NCBI GenBank assembly: GCA_963822945.1
Contig: CAWGJO010000020.1
Coordinates: 32,001-96,000 of the forward strand
Reading direction: 5' to 3'
DNA: 64,000 nucleotides
DNA from: an uncultured Gemmatimonadaceae bacterium
Lineage (GTDB): Bacteria; Gemmatimonadota; Gemmatimonadetes; Gemmatimonadales; Gemmatimonadaceae
Position 1 is the stretch's first letter. Each line of letters begins with the position of its first letter. Position numbers and translations under genes: made by a program. Below are positions 9,343 through 20,736 of the stretch, piece by piece. The notes under the pieces were generated by a model, which saw only the letters and a list, made by a program, of their open reading frames with translations, did not search any database and was not told the DNA's origin.

Positions 9343-10736
9343 TCCGGTTTCGTTCGTGTTGCCGGAGACGCAACGCGCGTCCCCGTCGCCCGCTCGGCGG
9401 GCCCCTCGTACACCAGCGGCAATTCGACGCGCAGCGTCGTCCCTTCGCCCGGCGCGCTCACGAGCACGATGTCCCCACCCAGCAAACGGGCCGTGCGGCG
9501 CGCCAGGGCCAGTCCCAGCCCCGCCCCCACACGCCCCTCCGGCGCCGATCCGGCATCGGCCCGCCGGAACTCCTCGAATACGTAGCGCTGCGCGGCCGGC
9601 GAAATCCCCACCCCCGTGTCCTCCACCCGGTACACCACGCGATCGTCGTGCACCTCGACCGCCGTCCGGACCGATCCCGCTTCCGTGAATGCGTACGCAT
9701 TGGCGAGGAGTCCCGACAACAGCCGCACGATGCGGCGGCGGTCACTGGCCATCGCCGGCACCGTGTCGGGTTCGGTGCTCTGCAGCTCCACGCCCTCGCG
9801 CCGGCCTCGCGTGAGCGTCAGCGCCTCGCGCATCGGCTCCCGCGGATCGAACGCACTCACGGCCGGCTCCACCCCACCCCGCTTCAACTCCGAAATCTCC
9901 AGCAGATCGGCGATCCGCGACAGCAACCCCTCGCCCGACTCCTTTACCTCGAGCAGGGCGGCGCTCTCGGCCTCGGTGAGCGGACCGGCGGCTCCCGTCT
10001 GAATTCTCGAAATGTAACCGACCAACTCGGCCAGCGGCGCGCGCAATTCCGTGGACAGATTGGCCAGGAATTCGTCCTGCAACCGGCGCGCTTCGAGCAG
10101 GGCGGCGTACTGCCGTTCCAACTCGGCGTTGGTATCCGTGAGCGCCGAATTGGTCCGGCGCAGGTCCTCGATGAGGCGCGCCTTCTGCGCCGTGGCCGCC
10201 ATCTGGTCGGCCACCATGCGCAGCAGGCTGCGGGTCTCGACGCTCAATCCGCCCGCGTTTGCGAAGTAGAAGGTGACCGTACCCAGCACGCCCTCGCCGG
10301 TCTGCAGCGGCAGCGCCGCCAGCGACCGGAAGCCGAGTTCGTTGGCCACCTCCTGCCAGTCCTCGAGCGACGGGTCGGCAAAGATGTCCGGCACCTCGAT
10401 GGCCCGGCGCTCGCTGGCCGCTTCGCCGCTGGGGCCGAATCCCAGGCGCACGCGCATCTCGCCGAGGAACTGCGTGTAGCGCTCCGGCCAGTTGTGGGCG
10501 GCGGCCAGGCGCATCAACTCCGAGGCCCCGTCCACGAGATACACGCAGGCGAAGGTCGCCCCGACCACCGGGCTCACCCGGTCCAGCGCGAACTGGAAGA
10601 CCTCCTCGGGGCGGTCGGCGGTGAGGAAGGCGTGGACGATCTCGCGGACCGCCATCAACTCGCGCAGTCCGAAGTCGACGCCCTCGGCGGGCGTGCGGAG
10701 GCGCAATTCGCCTGACGTCGCAGATGCCTGGGTCAC
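9339..10736 (-). CDS. GAF-domain sensor histidine kinase-like protein; H-box His apparently replaced (possible pseudokinase); start uncertain
   Basis: GAF region, coiled coil, H-box-like EFLANLSTELRAPL, HATPase boxes LLANA, DTGVGIS, VFEEF, GAGLGL. Confidence 0.88.
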   Translation of the reverse strand: MTQASATSGELRLRTPAEGVDFGLRELMAVREIVHAFLTADRPEEVFQFALDRVSPVVGATFACVYLVDGASELMRLAAAHNWPERYTQFLGEMRVRLGFGPSGEAASERRAIEVPDIFADPSLEDWQEVANELGFRSLAALPLQTGEGVLGTVTFYFANAGGLSVETRSLLRMVADQMAATAQKARLIEDLRRTNSALTDTNAELERQYAALLEARRLQDEFLANLSTELRAPLAELVGYISRIQTGAAGPLTEAESAALLEVKESGEGLLSRIADLLEISELKRGGVEPAVSAFDPREPMREALTLTRGRREGVELQSTEPDTVPAMASDRRRIVRLLSGLLANAYAFTEAGSVRTAVEVHDDRVVYRVEDTGVGISPAAQRYVFEEFRRADAGSAPEGRVGAGLGLALARRTARLLGGDIVLVSAPGEGTTLRVELPLVYEGPAERATGTRVASPATRTKPE

Positions 10737-10838
10737 CAAGGGGCAATGTACGCCGGGGAGCGAATGCGGTCCAGACGGATGTTTAGACGGGTGTTTACCG
10801 GTCCCCCCGACTGCTGATCGTCGACCGCCCACCGCCCG

Positions 10839-11522
10839 CTACTTCTTGGACAGCGCGCGGATCTCGACCCTGTGCACCAGCACGTTCGGTGGCGTGGAAA
10901 GCACGTGCGCCACCGTCTCGGCCACGTCCTCTGGCTTGAGCGCCCACGCTTTGGCCGCCGGGTCGCCCCCACCGAACGCGGTCGCCGCGCCACCCGGACT
11001 CACCACCGAGACCTTCACGCCCTGGTCCCGTACCTCCAACAGCAGGCATTCCGCGAACGCCATCACCGCGTGTTTGGTCCCCGTGTACGCCGCGCCACCG
11101 GCAAACGCGCTGCGGCCGGCGATCGATCCGATGATCACCACGTGTCCGTGCTTCCGCGCCACCATACCCGGCAGCAGCGCGCGCGTCACGTGATAGAGGG
11201 CGTTGAAATTGACGTCCACCTGCCGCTGCCACTCCTCGGGCGTGGTGTCGAGCAGCGGCTTGATGACGCCCACGCCGGCGTTGTTCACCAGGACGTCGGC
11301 GTCGAGGCCCGCGAAGGCGGACGCCACCGCGGCAGGATCGGCCACGTCGACCACCAGCGGCGTGCACCGGCCCCCGGCATGACGGATCTCGCCGGCCAGC
11401 GACTCGAGGTCGTCCGCCGAACGCGCCGCGGCCACGATGTCGTACTCGGGGGCCAGGCGGAGGGCGATGGCGCGGCCGATGCCGCGCGAGGCGCCGGTGA
11501 CGACGGCGGTGGGTCTCGACAT
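10839..11522 (-). CDS. SDR family NAD(P)-dependent oxidoreductase
   Basis: TGASRGIG, NNAG, YTGTK (YxxxK); RBS AAGGAG upstream of ATG 11522. Confidence 0.93.
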   Translation of the reverse strand: MSRPTAVVTGASRGIGRAIALRLAPEYDIVAAARSADDLESLAGEIRHAGGRCTPLVVDVADPAAVASAFAGLDADVLVNNAGVGVIKPLLDTTPEEWQRQVDVNFNALYHVTRALLPGMVARKHGHVVIIGSIAGRSAFAGGAAYTGTKHAVMAFAECLLLEVRDQGVKVSVVSPGGAATAFGGGDPAAKAWALKPEDVAETVAHVLSTPPNVLVHRVEIRALSKK

Positions 11523-11560
11523 GACGTTCTCCTTTTCCCCGGCGGACGGCGCGCGGCGGC

Positions 11561-13078
11561 TCACCCCAGGAGCCGCTCCACGTTCCGCAGCAGGGGCGCG
11601 AAGCTCAACGATTTGTCGGACACCCGGGCGGCCTGCTCGTGCGCCAGCTCGCGCTGCCCGTGCGCGAAGAGTTCGTGCACGATCCACGGCCCGGCGCTCG
11701 GATTGCGCCACCAGTCGTCGTTGAACCGTTCGGTGAGCGTCTCGTTGAGCAGCGCCTGCAACTGCCAGGCGCGCAGGTAACGGGCAGCGTAGTATCGCGG
11801 GTCGACGTCCACGAAGGCGTCGGCCGGATCGTAGCGGAAGGTCGTGGCGTCGGTGAGCAACTGGACGTAGAGATCGGGCAGGGCGCTCCAGGCCACGTCG
11901 CCGCTGTACAGGTGCGTCTCGTAGATGAGCTTGGCGCAATACCGCCGCAGGAATTGCAGTTCCTCGAAACCCGCGCTGCGCAGAAATCGCGGCACGTCCG
12001 CCTTGGACAGCGAGGCGTACCGCGCCAGCCACCGCGGATCCTGCATGCGGTGGTCGAACAGCATCGCGTAACCCTCGGTGATCGAGTTGTCGCCCAACCA
12101 CCGGTATTCGAACGGCAGGTCGGGCCGCATGTGCGCGAAATGGAGCGCGTGCCCCAGCTCGTGGAGGAAGGTGTTCCAGTCGTTCTGGCCGCCGTGGGGG
12201 CGCAGCACGAGATACACCTCTTCCGGCACCCGCACGGGCGAACAGAACGCCCGCGCGCGCTTTCCTTCGCGGTCGCCCGTATCGAAGATCACCCGGCCGT
12301 CGGCATCCGGCACGATCCCCATCTCGCGCACCTGGTCGAGGATGCGCGGCTCCATCGTGTCCCCGGGGAACCCGCCGTCGAACGCCCGGGCGCGCATCAG
12401 GGCCAACGCATCGGCGCGCGTGGCTTCGGCGGGCACGATCCCCAATTTCCGCTTCACGAACTCGGGGTACACGTCGTCCCACATCGACCGCGTGTCGCGC
12501 AGGAACCGCTCGCATTCCGCGCGCAGCTCCAGCAGCGAGAACCCGGCCAGAAGATCGAAGGTGGCGTTGTACCCATCGGCGAGATCGAGCTGCTCGGCGA
12601 TCTCGCGCTCGCGCTGGAAGTGCTCCAGCCGAATGGGGGCCAGCTCCGCACGCACCAGCCGGGCCCGGGCCTGGTCGAGCGCCAGTCGTTCGGCGCGATC
12701 GGTGCTGTTCGCCAGATCGATGGATGCCCGCTGGAACGGCACCGCGCCGCCGCCCGGAAGCGGGATCATCGCCTCGCTCTCCCACGCGATCTCGCGTTCG
12801 TCCAACTCGGCCAGCTCGCGCGATGCCTGCGATTCCACCTGCCAGTCCAGGAGCTGCCGCAGACTCGCGTACTCCTCGCCGTCGGGAGCCGCCGCACGGA
12901 ACGCATCGAGCACCAGGGCGAGCGACTCCTCGCTCATGATCTCGGCGTACTGCTCGTACAGCGGCGTGAGTTCGGCCGTCGGCTTGAGACCGGCATGCGC
13001 GAGATAGTACTCGCGCGAGATCGCCTCCGTGAACGCCTGCCCCTCGTGGCGCAGCCGGTCGATGGAGAGCGGGCTCAC
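11561..13078 (-). CDS. Cytoplasmic gluzincin metallopeptidase-like protein (M3/M32-like)
   Basis: HELGHALH (HEXXH) plus downstream [15 protein letters not shown] motif; GTGA overlap with glyQS stop. Confidence 0.75.
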   Translation of the reverse strand: MSPLSIDRLRHEGQAFTEAISREYYLAHAGLKPTAELTPLYEQYAEIMSEESLALVLDAFRAAAPDGEEYASLRQLLDWQVESQASRELAELDEREIAWESEAMIPLPGGGAVPFQRASIDLANSTDRAERLALDQARARLVRAELAPIRLEHFQREREIAEQLDLADGYNATFDLLAGFSLLELRAECERFLRDTRSMWDDVYPEFVKRKLGIVPAEATRADALALMRARAFDGGFPGDTMEPRILDQVREMGIVPDADGRVIFDTGDREGKRARAFCSPVRVPEEVYLVLRPHGGQNDWNTFLHELGHALHFAHMRPDLPFEYRWLGDNSITEGYAMLFDHRMQDPRWLARYASLSKADVPRFLRSAGFEELQFLRRYCAKLIYETHLYSGDVAWSALPDLYVQLLTDATTFRYDPADAFVDVDPRYYAARYLRAWQLQALLNETLTERFNDDWWRNPSAGPWIVHELFAHGQRELAHEQAARVSDKSLSFAPLLRNVERLLG

Positions 13079-14433
13079 CTGGCGAGGCGCTCCGCGATCA
13101 CGCCCCCCACGCGGTCCGCGGCCACGCGCTCCTGCGCCAGTGTGTCGCGATCGCGGAGGGTCACCGTCCCGTCGGCCATCGTCTGGCCGTCGACGGTCAG
13201 GCAGAACGGCGTGCCGACTTCGTCCTGCCGGCGGTAGCGGCGCCCGATGGCGCCCGACTCGTCGTAGAACACGGGGAACGCCTGCCGCAGCTCGTGCGCC
13301 AGCTTCTCCGCGAACTCCGGCATCCCGTCCTTCTTCACCAGCGGGAACACCCCGGCCTTGATCGGGGCCAGCGACGGATGGAGGCCGAGCACCGTCCGCC
13401 CCTCCGATTCGCCCTCCACCGTCTCCTCGCGGTAGGCGTTGACGAGCACGGCCAGGGCGGTGCGGTCGGCCCCCACCGACGTCTCGATCACGAACGGCAC
13501 GAACCGCCGGTTGTTGGGCTGATCGAAGTACTCGAGCTTCTTTCCCGAGTACTCCTGGTGCCGGCTGAGGTCGAAGTCGCCGCGGTGGTGCACGCCCTCG
13601 ATCTCCTGGAACGCCAGCGTGCCGCCGAAGTCGAACTGGATGTCGAACGCCGCCCGCGCGTAGTGTGCCAACTCCTCGGGTGTGTGCTGGTGGAAGAGCA
13701 GCCGCGACTCCTCGAGCCCCAACCCCCGGTGCCACTCCATGCGCTGCGCCTTCCAGTACTCGAACCAGTGCATGTGGTCGCCGTCCGGGTCGACGAAGAA
13801 CTGCATCTCCATCTGCTCGAACTCGCGCGTGCGGAAGATGAAGTTCCCGGGCGTGATCTCGTTGCGGAAGGCCTTGCCGATCTGCGCGATGCCGAACGGC
13901 ACCTTCTGCCGCGTGGACTGCTGGACGTTCAGGAAATTCACATAGATGCCCTGCGCCGTCTCCGGGCGCAGATAGACGACCGCCGCGCTGTCCTCCACCG
14001 GCCCCATGAACGTCTTGAACATCAGGTTGAACATCCGGGGCTCCGACAGCGTCCCCTTCATGCCGCACGCCGGGCACTGCCCGTCGGGCGTGCCGGGCGT
14101 GCCCTTGATCTTCGGGTCGTCGGCGCGGAACCGCTTCTTGCAGTTCCGGCAATCGACCAGCGGATCGGTGAAGCCCGCCACGTGCCCGCTCGCCTCCCAC
14201 ACCCGCGGATGCATGAGGATCGCCGCGTCGAGTCCTTCGATGTCGTCGCGCGACCGGACCATGGCGTTCCACCACCGGTCCTTGATGTTCCGCTTGAGTT
14301 CCACGCCCAGGGGACCGTAGTCCCACACCGAGCCGGTGCCGCCGTAGATCTCGGAAGATTGGAAGATGAACCCCCGCCGCTTGCAGAGCGACACGAGCTT
14401 TTCCATCACGTCGGGACGGGCGCTGGGAGACAT
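13075..14433 (-). CDS. glyQS: Glycine--tRNA ligase, homodimeric (alpha2) type
   Basis: [56 protein letters not shown]. Confidence 0.97.
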   Translation of the reverse strand: MSPSARPDVMEKLVSLCKRRGFIFQSSEIYGGTGSVWDYGPLGVELKRNIKDRWWNAMVRSRDDIEGLDAAILMHPRVWEASGHVAGFTDPLVDCRNCKKRFRADDPKIKGTPGTPDGQCPACGMKGTLSEPRMFNLMFKTFMGPVEDSAAVVYLRPETAQGIYVNFLNVQQSTRQKVPFGIAQIGKAFRNEITPGNFIFRTREFEQMEMQFFVDPDGDHMHWFEYWKAQRMEWHRGLGLEESRLLFHQHTPEELAHYARAAFDIQFDFGGTLAFQEIEGVHHRGDFDLSRHQEYSGKKLEYFDQPNNRRFVPFVIETSVGADRTALAVLVNAYREETVEGESEGRTVLGLHPSLAPIKAGVFPLVKKDGMPEFAEKLAHELRQAFPVFYDESGAIGRRYRRQDEVGTPFCLTVDGQTMADGTVTLRDRDTLAQERVAADRVGGVIAERLAR

Positions 14434-14460
14434 GGAAATTCGGATGTTGGTGTGAGACGA

Positions 14461-14540
14461 CAATCGGCAATCGACAGCGGACAGCCGACGGTTCACCGCC
14501 GCCTCCCGACCGCTGACCTCCGATTGCTGATTGCTGATTG
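14461..14540. repeat. Intergenic inverted repeat built from 7-mer units upstream of glyQS
   Basis: CAATCGGCAATCG ... CGATTGCTGATTGCTGATTG arms; GACAGCG/GACAGCC tandem. Confidence 0.6.
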
Positions 14541-14575
14541 CAGCTACTTAAGCTAATCCCGGATGCCGCGTTCCG

Positions 14576-15601
14576 TCACGAATCCAGTTCGGCGCTCAGC
14601 TTGGGCGGCGCCGGAGCGGCGCGCCCCTGCAGCCGGGCCACGATCCGATCCCCATGGTACCGGCCGTTCTCGATGAACACCTTGTTGGCGTCGAAGCCGG
14701 CCACCACCACCCCTGCCACGAACACCCCCGGCACGGTGGTTTCCAACGTCTCCGGGTCGTGCGCCGGCACGCCGGTGGTGGCGTGGATCGGTACGCCGAC
14801 GTCGCGGAGCAGCGTCAGATTGGGCGCGAATCCGGTCATCACGTAGACCATCGAGGCGGGGATCCGCCGCTCGCCTTCGGGAGTGGTGACCACGACCGCC
14901 GCCGGCTCGATGGCCGAGACCCGGGCGTTCCACTGGGCGGCGATGCTCCCCTCCTTCACCCGGTTCTCGAAGTCGGGCTGGACCCACGGCTTGATTCGCT
15001 TGTCGAACGTCGGCCCGAAATGGACCAGGGTCACCCGCGCCCCCGAGCGCCAGAGATCCAGCGCCGCCTCGGCCGCCGAGTTCCCACCGCCCACCACGAC
15101 CACGTCCTGCTGGAACGCCTCGTGCCCCTCGCGATAGACATGGGCCACGTGCGGCAGATCCTCGCCCGGCACGCCCAGTTTGTTCGGCGATCCGAAGTAC
15201 CCCGTGGCCACCACGACGGCCCCGGCGCTGATCACCCGGTCCTCGCCGGAGCGCGTGCGCGTCCGCACCTGAAAGGCCCCGGACCGTCCCTCGATTGCCC
15301 GCACCTTCTCGTACTGCCGCACCTGAAGACCGAAGTGCCGGACCACGGCCCGGTAGTAGGCCAGCGCGTCGCGACGGCTCGGTTTGTCTTCCGCCACCAC
15401 GAACGGCATGCCGCCCAGCGAGAGCTTCTCCGCCGTGGAGAAGAAGCGCACGTAGGTGGGATAGTGGCTGATCGTGCTCGCCACCACGCTCCCCTCCACC
15501 ACCACCGCGCGCAGCCCGGCCTGCTGCGCCGAGATTGCCGCCGCCAGCCCGCACGGGCCGCCCCCGATGACGAGGACGTCGTACTCCACGCGCTCAGCCA
15601 C
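14576..15601 (-). CDS. YpdA-family FAD/NADPH oxidoreductase (putative bacillithiol disulfide reductase)
   Basis: GGGPCG, YPTYVRFFSTAEKL, ATGY, GGGNSA, IKPWV, VFIENGRYH are typical of YpdA; no TrxR CxxC. Confidence 0.85.
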   Translation of the reverse strand: MAERVEYDVLVIGGGPCGLAAAISAQQAGLRAVVVEGSVVASTISHYPTYVRFFSTAEKLSLGGMPFVVAEDKPSRRDALAYYRAVVRHFGLQVRQYEKVRAIEGRSGAFQVRTRTRSGEDRVISAGAVVVATGYFGSPNKLGVPGEDLPHVAHVYREGHEAFQQDVVVVGGGNSAAEAALDLWRSGARVTLVHFGPTFDKRIKPWVQPDFENRVKEGSIAAQWNARVSAIEPAAVVVTTPEGERRIPASMVYVMTGFAPNLTLLRDVGVPIHATTGVPAHDPETLETTVPGVFVAGVVVAGFDANKVFIENGRYHGDRIVARLQGRAAPAPPKLSAELDS

Positions 15602-15622
15602 GACGGCCCCTCGGCGCGCGCA

Positions 15623-16970
<1,348 letters not shown>

Positions 16971-16972
16971 TC

Positions 16973-17000
16973 AATTTACCGAGCCGACCGGACCTGTCAA
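16973..17000 (-). promoter_or_regulatory. Putative sigma70 promoter upstream of purA
   Basis: TTGACA-N16-TAAATT on minus strand in a GC-rich background. Confidence 0.55.
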
Positions 17001-17068
17001 CACGACGCGAGCGGTTCGCAGTCGGCGGTCAGAAGCAGCCACGCACTGCGGACTGCCCACCGCCGCAT

Positions 17069-17560
17069 TCATCCCATCACTGCCGCGAGCACGATCCACA
17101 CCGCCATCACCATCCCGAGCCCGATCTTCATCGCCGCGGCCGTCACACGGCCGAACAGCGCGCCGGTGGCCACGCGCGTCGCGGCACGGTGGTCGCCGCG
17201 CACGGTCAATTCGGCCACCAGCGCGCCGACGAACGCCCCGACGAATGCCCCGATCACCGGTCCCACCACCGGCACGGGCACGCCGACGAAGGCGCCCACG
17301 AATCCGCCCAGAATCGCGCCCCAGCCGGCGCGCCGCGAGCCGCCGTAGCGACGCGTGAACCGCGCCGCGAGCGAGAACTCGAGCAGCTCCCCGATCAACG
17401 CCAGCACCGCCGTGCCCACCACGGTCGCCATGCCGACGGTGCCCGGGACGGCGATGTGATAGACCAGCGCCGCCCCCACCATCACCCAGGTGCCCGGGAG
17501 TCCGAGCGGAATGAGCAGCATCGAGCCCGCGAGGGCGATCACCAGCAGCACGACGGACAT
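17069..17560 (-). CDS. DUF456-family membrane protein
   Basis: LIPLGLPGTW, RRYGGSRRAGWGAILGG, GAFVGAFVGALVAE pattern; hydrophobic. Confidence 0.85.
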   Translation of the reverse strand: MSVVLLVIALAGSMLLIPLGLPGTWVMVGAALVYHIAVPGTVGMATVVGTAVLALIGELLEFSLAARFTRRYGGSRRAGWGAILGGFVGAFVGVPVPVVGPVIGAFVGAFVGALVAELTVRGDHRAATRVATGALFGRVTAAAMKIGLGMVMAVWIVLAAVMG

Positions 17561-18645
17561 CAGGGCAACTCCTGAACGATGGCGGCGAGAAGCGACGCCG
17601 CGGATGCCACGCCGCTTCCCTCAAGATGCTCTACGGAATCCCGCGGCGTGTGGATTCGAAGCAGCGTACCAAGCGTGGCCCGCCCCAGCGTCGCGCACTG
17701 CCATCCGGCGCGCGAGAGCGCCACGCCATCGGTCAGCACGCCGAGCGGCAGGGCGCGCGCGCGGCACGTCGTACCGGTCCGGCGCGCGGCGCGCGCGACC
17801 GCGTCGGTCACCCGCACCGGCCGCCTCCCCGACGTGAGAAGCATCAACGAGCCGCGATCGTCGATCGTGTCACAGTTCACCGCGAGACCGGGCGCCCTTC
17901 CCGCAGCCCAGGCGTGCGCGCCGGCCAGCCCCACCTCCTCGGCGTCCGTGAGCAGCACCCCGACGCCCGTGTCGGGCGCCAGGAGCGCCGCCGCGGCGAG
18001 CACCGTCGCCACACCCGACGCATTGTCCACGGCGCCGGGCGACGCATTGCCCGCTGAGGCAAACATCAGGAGTGCCCCGCCCGCCGCACCGGGCGCCCAG
18101 ACGAACCACGGGTGCCACCACGCGGCCCCGCCCAGCCGGGCCGCCACCGACAGCACCAGGGCCAGCCACGCCGCCAGGGTGAGCGTGGCGCCCGCGGCGC
18201 GCCACGCCAACGGATACCGCTGCGATTTGGAGTCGAGATGCGCCACCAGCCACACGCGTGTCGCCGTGCCGCGCGTCGCCTCCAAATTCGTGCCGTACGC
18301 GCTCCCCCATGGCAGCGACACGGCGGCCCTCGATGCAAGCCAGCGGGCGAGCACGGCCACGAGCGCGAGTCCCAGGCCGGCGGCCAGCGCGGCCGTGCCG
18401 TACGCGCCTCGGGACTCCAGGTGGGCCGTCCCGGCGATGAGCGCCGCCGAGGAAAGCCCGACAGCCGGCATGCCGAATCGCGCCGGAACGGTGGAATAGC
18501 GGAACCGGGATTCCTGGACCCGGAAGCCCAGCGCCACCAGTCGCTCGGCGCACAGGGCGCGCGCGCGGTCGAGCGCGGGGGTCCCGGTGAACCGGCCGCC
18601 GGCGGCGAGGGCGCGGAGCAGCGCCAGCGGGTCGCCGGCGTCCAC
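17560..18645 (-). CDS. Membrane-embedded M28 family peptidase
   Basis: VAHLDS, GAVDNASGV, DAEEVGLAGA, NCD, IHTPRD; four hydrophobic segments. Confidence 0.85.
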   Translation of the reverse strand: MDAGDPLALLRALAAGGRFTGTPALDRARALCAERLVALGFRVQESRFRYSTVPARFGMPAVGLSSAALIAGTAHLESRGAYGTAALAAGLGLALVAVLARWLASRAAVSLPWGSAYGTNLEATRGTATRVWLVAHLDSKSQRYPLAWRAAGATLTLAAWLALVLSVAARLGGAAWWHPWFVWAPGAAGGALLMFASAGNASPGAVDNASGVATVLAAAALLAPDTGVGVLLTDAEEVGLAGAHAWAAGRAPGLAVNCDTIDDRGSLMLLTSGRRPVRVTDAVARAARRTGTTCRARALPLGVLTDGVALSRAGWQCATLGRATLGTLLRIHTPRDSVEHLEGSGVASAASLLAAIVQELP

Positions 18646-18647
18646 GG

Positions 18648-19547
18648 TCAGGGCGTGGCGGCCAGCGCGCCCCCGGCGAGCAGGGCGCGCAGCTTCGCCA
18701 TCTCGCTCGGCCCGAGGGGAGTCAGCGGCGGGCGAACGGGCCCACCCCGGAGCCCCACGACGTCGAGCGCCGCCTTGACGCCGGCCACGCCCATGGACCC
18801 CACGATCGTGGCGGCCGGCGGGGTCAACCGCGACTGGACGGCCAACGCGCCCGCGGCATCGCCGCGGGCCATGGCGTCGAATACGGCCAACGACAACTCC
18901 GGCGCGAACAGGGCCACGGCGAGAATCGCGCCGCGTGCGCCCGCCGCCAGCGACGCCTGGTACATCGTCCCGCTGCCGGTGAGCACGGAGAATCCGTCCC
19001 CCTGCGCGCCGACGTACCCGGCCACCAGCTCGCGGTCGCCCGAGCTGTCCTTGATCCCGACGATGTTCGGATGCGCGGCCAGCGTGGTCACGATCTCCGG
19101 CGAGAGGGCGAATCCGACGTACTTGGGAATGTTGTACAGCAGCACGGGAATCGGGCTCTCATCCGCCACACGCCGGAAGTGCCCGAGCAGCGCGTCCACC
19201 GTCATTGCGGCGGAGTAGTAGTGCGGCGAAACCACCAGCACCGCGTCGGCGCCCGCCGATGCCGCATGCCGGGCGCGCCGGACCACCGTGCGCGTCGCTT
19301 CCGCGCCGGCGCCGACGATCAGCAGCCGGTCGCGCGGCGTCACCGCGCGGGCCCTCTCCACCAACCGCTCGCGCTCGGTCTCGTCCAGCAGCACCGCCTC
19401 GCCGGTCGATCCGGCCACCACGACGCCGTGCAGTCCCACGGCGAGGTGGGCCCGAAGGTTGGCCTCGAACCCCGCCAGGTCGAGGTCGCCGGACGTCGCG
19501 TCGAACGTCGTGACGACGGGGCCGAAGACTCCATGCAGATCGAGCAT
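18648..19547 (-). CDS. Dihydrodipicolinate synthase family class I aldolase
   Basis: GSTGE, LYNIP, HPNIVGIKDSSG (Schiff-base Lys); specific substrate not determinable. Confidence 0.9.
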   Translation of the reverse strand: MLDLHGVFGPVVTTFDATSGDLDLAGFEANLRAHLAVGLHGVVVAGSTGEAVLLDETERERLVERARAVTPRDRLLIVGAGAEATRTVVRRARHAASAGADAVLVVSPHYYSAAMTVDALLGHFRRVADESPIPVLLYNIPKYVGFALSPEIVTTLAAHPNIVGIKDSSGDRELVAGYVGAQGDGFSVLTGSGTMYQASLAAGARGAILAVALFAPELSLAVFDAMARGDAAGALAVQSRLTPPAATIVGSMGVAGVKAALDVVGLRGGPVRPPLTPLGPSEMAKLRALLAGGALAATP

Positions 19548-20734
19548 CACGTATCCAGAAAGTTGAAGCCGCCCGGCTGGATTCCTTCGAGCGTCGGTCC
19601 GGAGGAGGGCTCACCATCGCTCGCCGGTGCGGCCTCGGGGGCCTCCACCGGCGCCGGCGGGTGCGGCAGCCGGCCGAACATGCGCAGCTTGAGTTCGAAG
19701 TCCGATGGATTGGTGGACGCCGCCATGGCCGTCTCGAACGTCACCTCGTGCGTCCGCACCAGATCGGCCAGATGCTGGTCGAAGGTCTGCATGCCGTACT
19801 GCTCGCGACCGCCCTCGATGTAGTCGCGAATCTCGTTGATGCGCCGTCCGTCGGCGATCATGTCGCGCACCGCCGGCGTCACGATGAGCACCTCGGCCGC
19901 CACGGCGCGCCCGTTCCCGTCACGCCGCTTGAGCAACCGCTGCGAGACCACCGCGTGCAGCGATTCCGCCAGCCGGATGCGCACCACTTCCTGCTCCTCG
20001 GGCGGGAACATCGCCATGATGCGGAGGATCGTGCTCTGGGCATCGGGCGTGTGCAGCGTGGAGATGAGCAGGTGGCCGGTCTCGGCCGCCTTCATCGCGG
20101 TGTCGATCGTCTCCGCGTCACGCAGCTCGCCGATCATGATCACGTCGGGATCCTGACGCAGCGCCGCCCGCAATCCCATCTTGAAGCCCATCGTGTCGGC
20201 GCCGATCTCGCGCTGGGTGACCGCCGAATTGATGTCCTGGTGCAGGAACTCGATCGGGTTCTCGAGCGTGAGAATGTGCCGGTTCTGGTGCTGGTTGATG
20301 TAGTTGATCAACGCCGCCATCGTGCTCGACTTCCCCGAGCCCGTCACGCCCGTGACGAGCACCATCCCGCGCTCGGCCTGCGCCACCCTGGCCAGGACCG
20401 GTGGAAGCCGCAGCTTCTCGAACGTCGGCACTTCGAGCGGGATCACCCGCATCACGATCATCAGCGTGCCGCGCTGCCGCATGATGTTCACGCGAAAGCG
20501 GCCGATGCCCGGCGCTTCCCAGGAGCAGTCGTAGTCGGTGAGCTTGTCGATGTTCGCCTTGTCTTCCTCGTTGCTCATGAGGCGAAGCGCGATAGCCCGT
20601 GTCTGCTCGGCCGTCAGCGCCTGCTTGGTGAGCCCGACCAGCTTGCCGTGGATGCGTGCCCGGAACACATCGCCCGCCTTGATGTGCAGGTCCGATGCCC
20701 CGCGGTCCACTCCCGCCTTGATGATCCGTTCCAT
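19547..20734 (-). CDS. PilT/PilU-family type IV pilus retraction ATPase
   Basis: ASDLHI, RFRVN, GVTGSGKSST, ENPIEF, ALRQDPDVIMIGELRD, AAETGHL, STLHT, GMQTFDQ. Confidence 0.92.
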   Translation of the reverse strand: MERIIKAGVDRGASDLHIKAGDVFRARIHGKLVGLTKQALTAEQTRAIALRLMSNEEDKANIDKLTDYDCSWEAPGIGRFRVNIMRQRGTLMIVMRVIPLEVPTFEKLRLPPVLARVAQAERGMVLVTGVTGSGKSSTMAALINYINQHQNRHILTLENPIEFLHQDINSAVTQREIGADTMGFKMGLRAALRQDPDVIMIGELRDAETIDTAMKAAETGHLLISTLHTPDAQSTILRIMAMFPPEEQEVVRIRLAESLHAVVSQRLLKRRDGNGRAVAAEVLIVTPAVRDMIADGRRINEIRDYIEGGREQYGMQTFDQHLADLVRTHEVTFETAMAASTNPSDFELKLRMFGRLPHPPAPVEAPEAAPASDGEPSSGPTLEGIQPGGFNFLDT

Positions 20735-20736
20735 GC

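Noticed and set aside
14434..14575. T-box riboswitch upstream of glyQS
   Set aside because: Spacer is only about 140 nt and lacks the T-box UGGNACC antiterminator bulge and stem I motifs.
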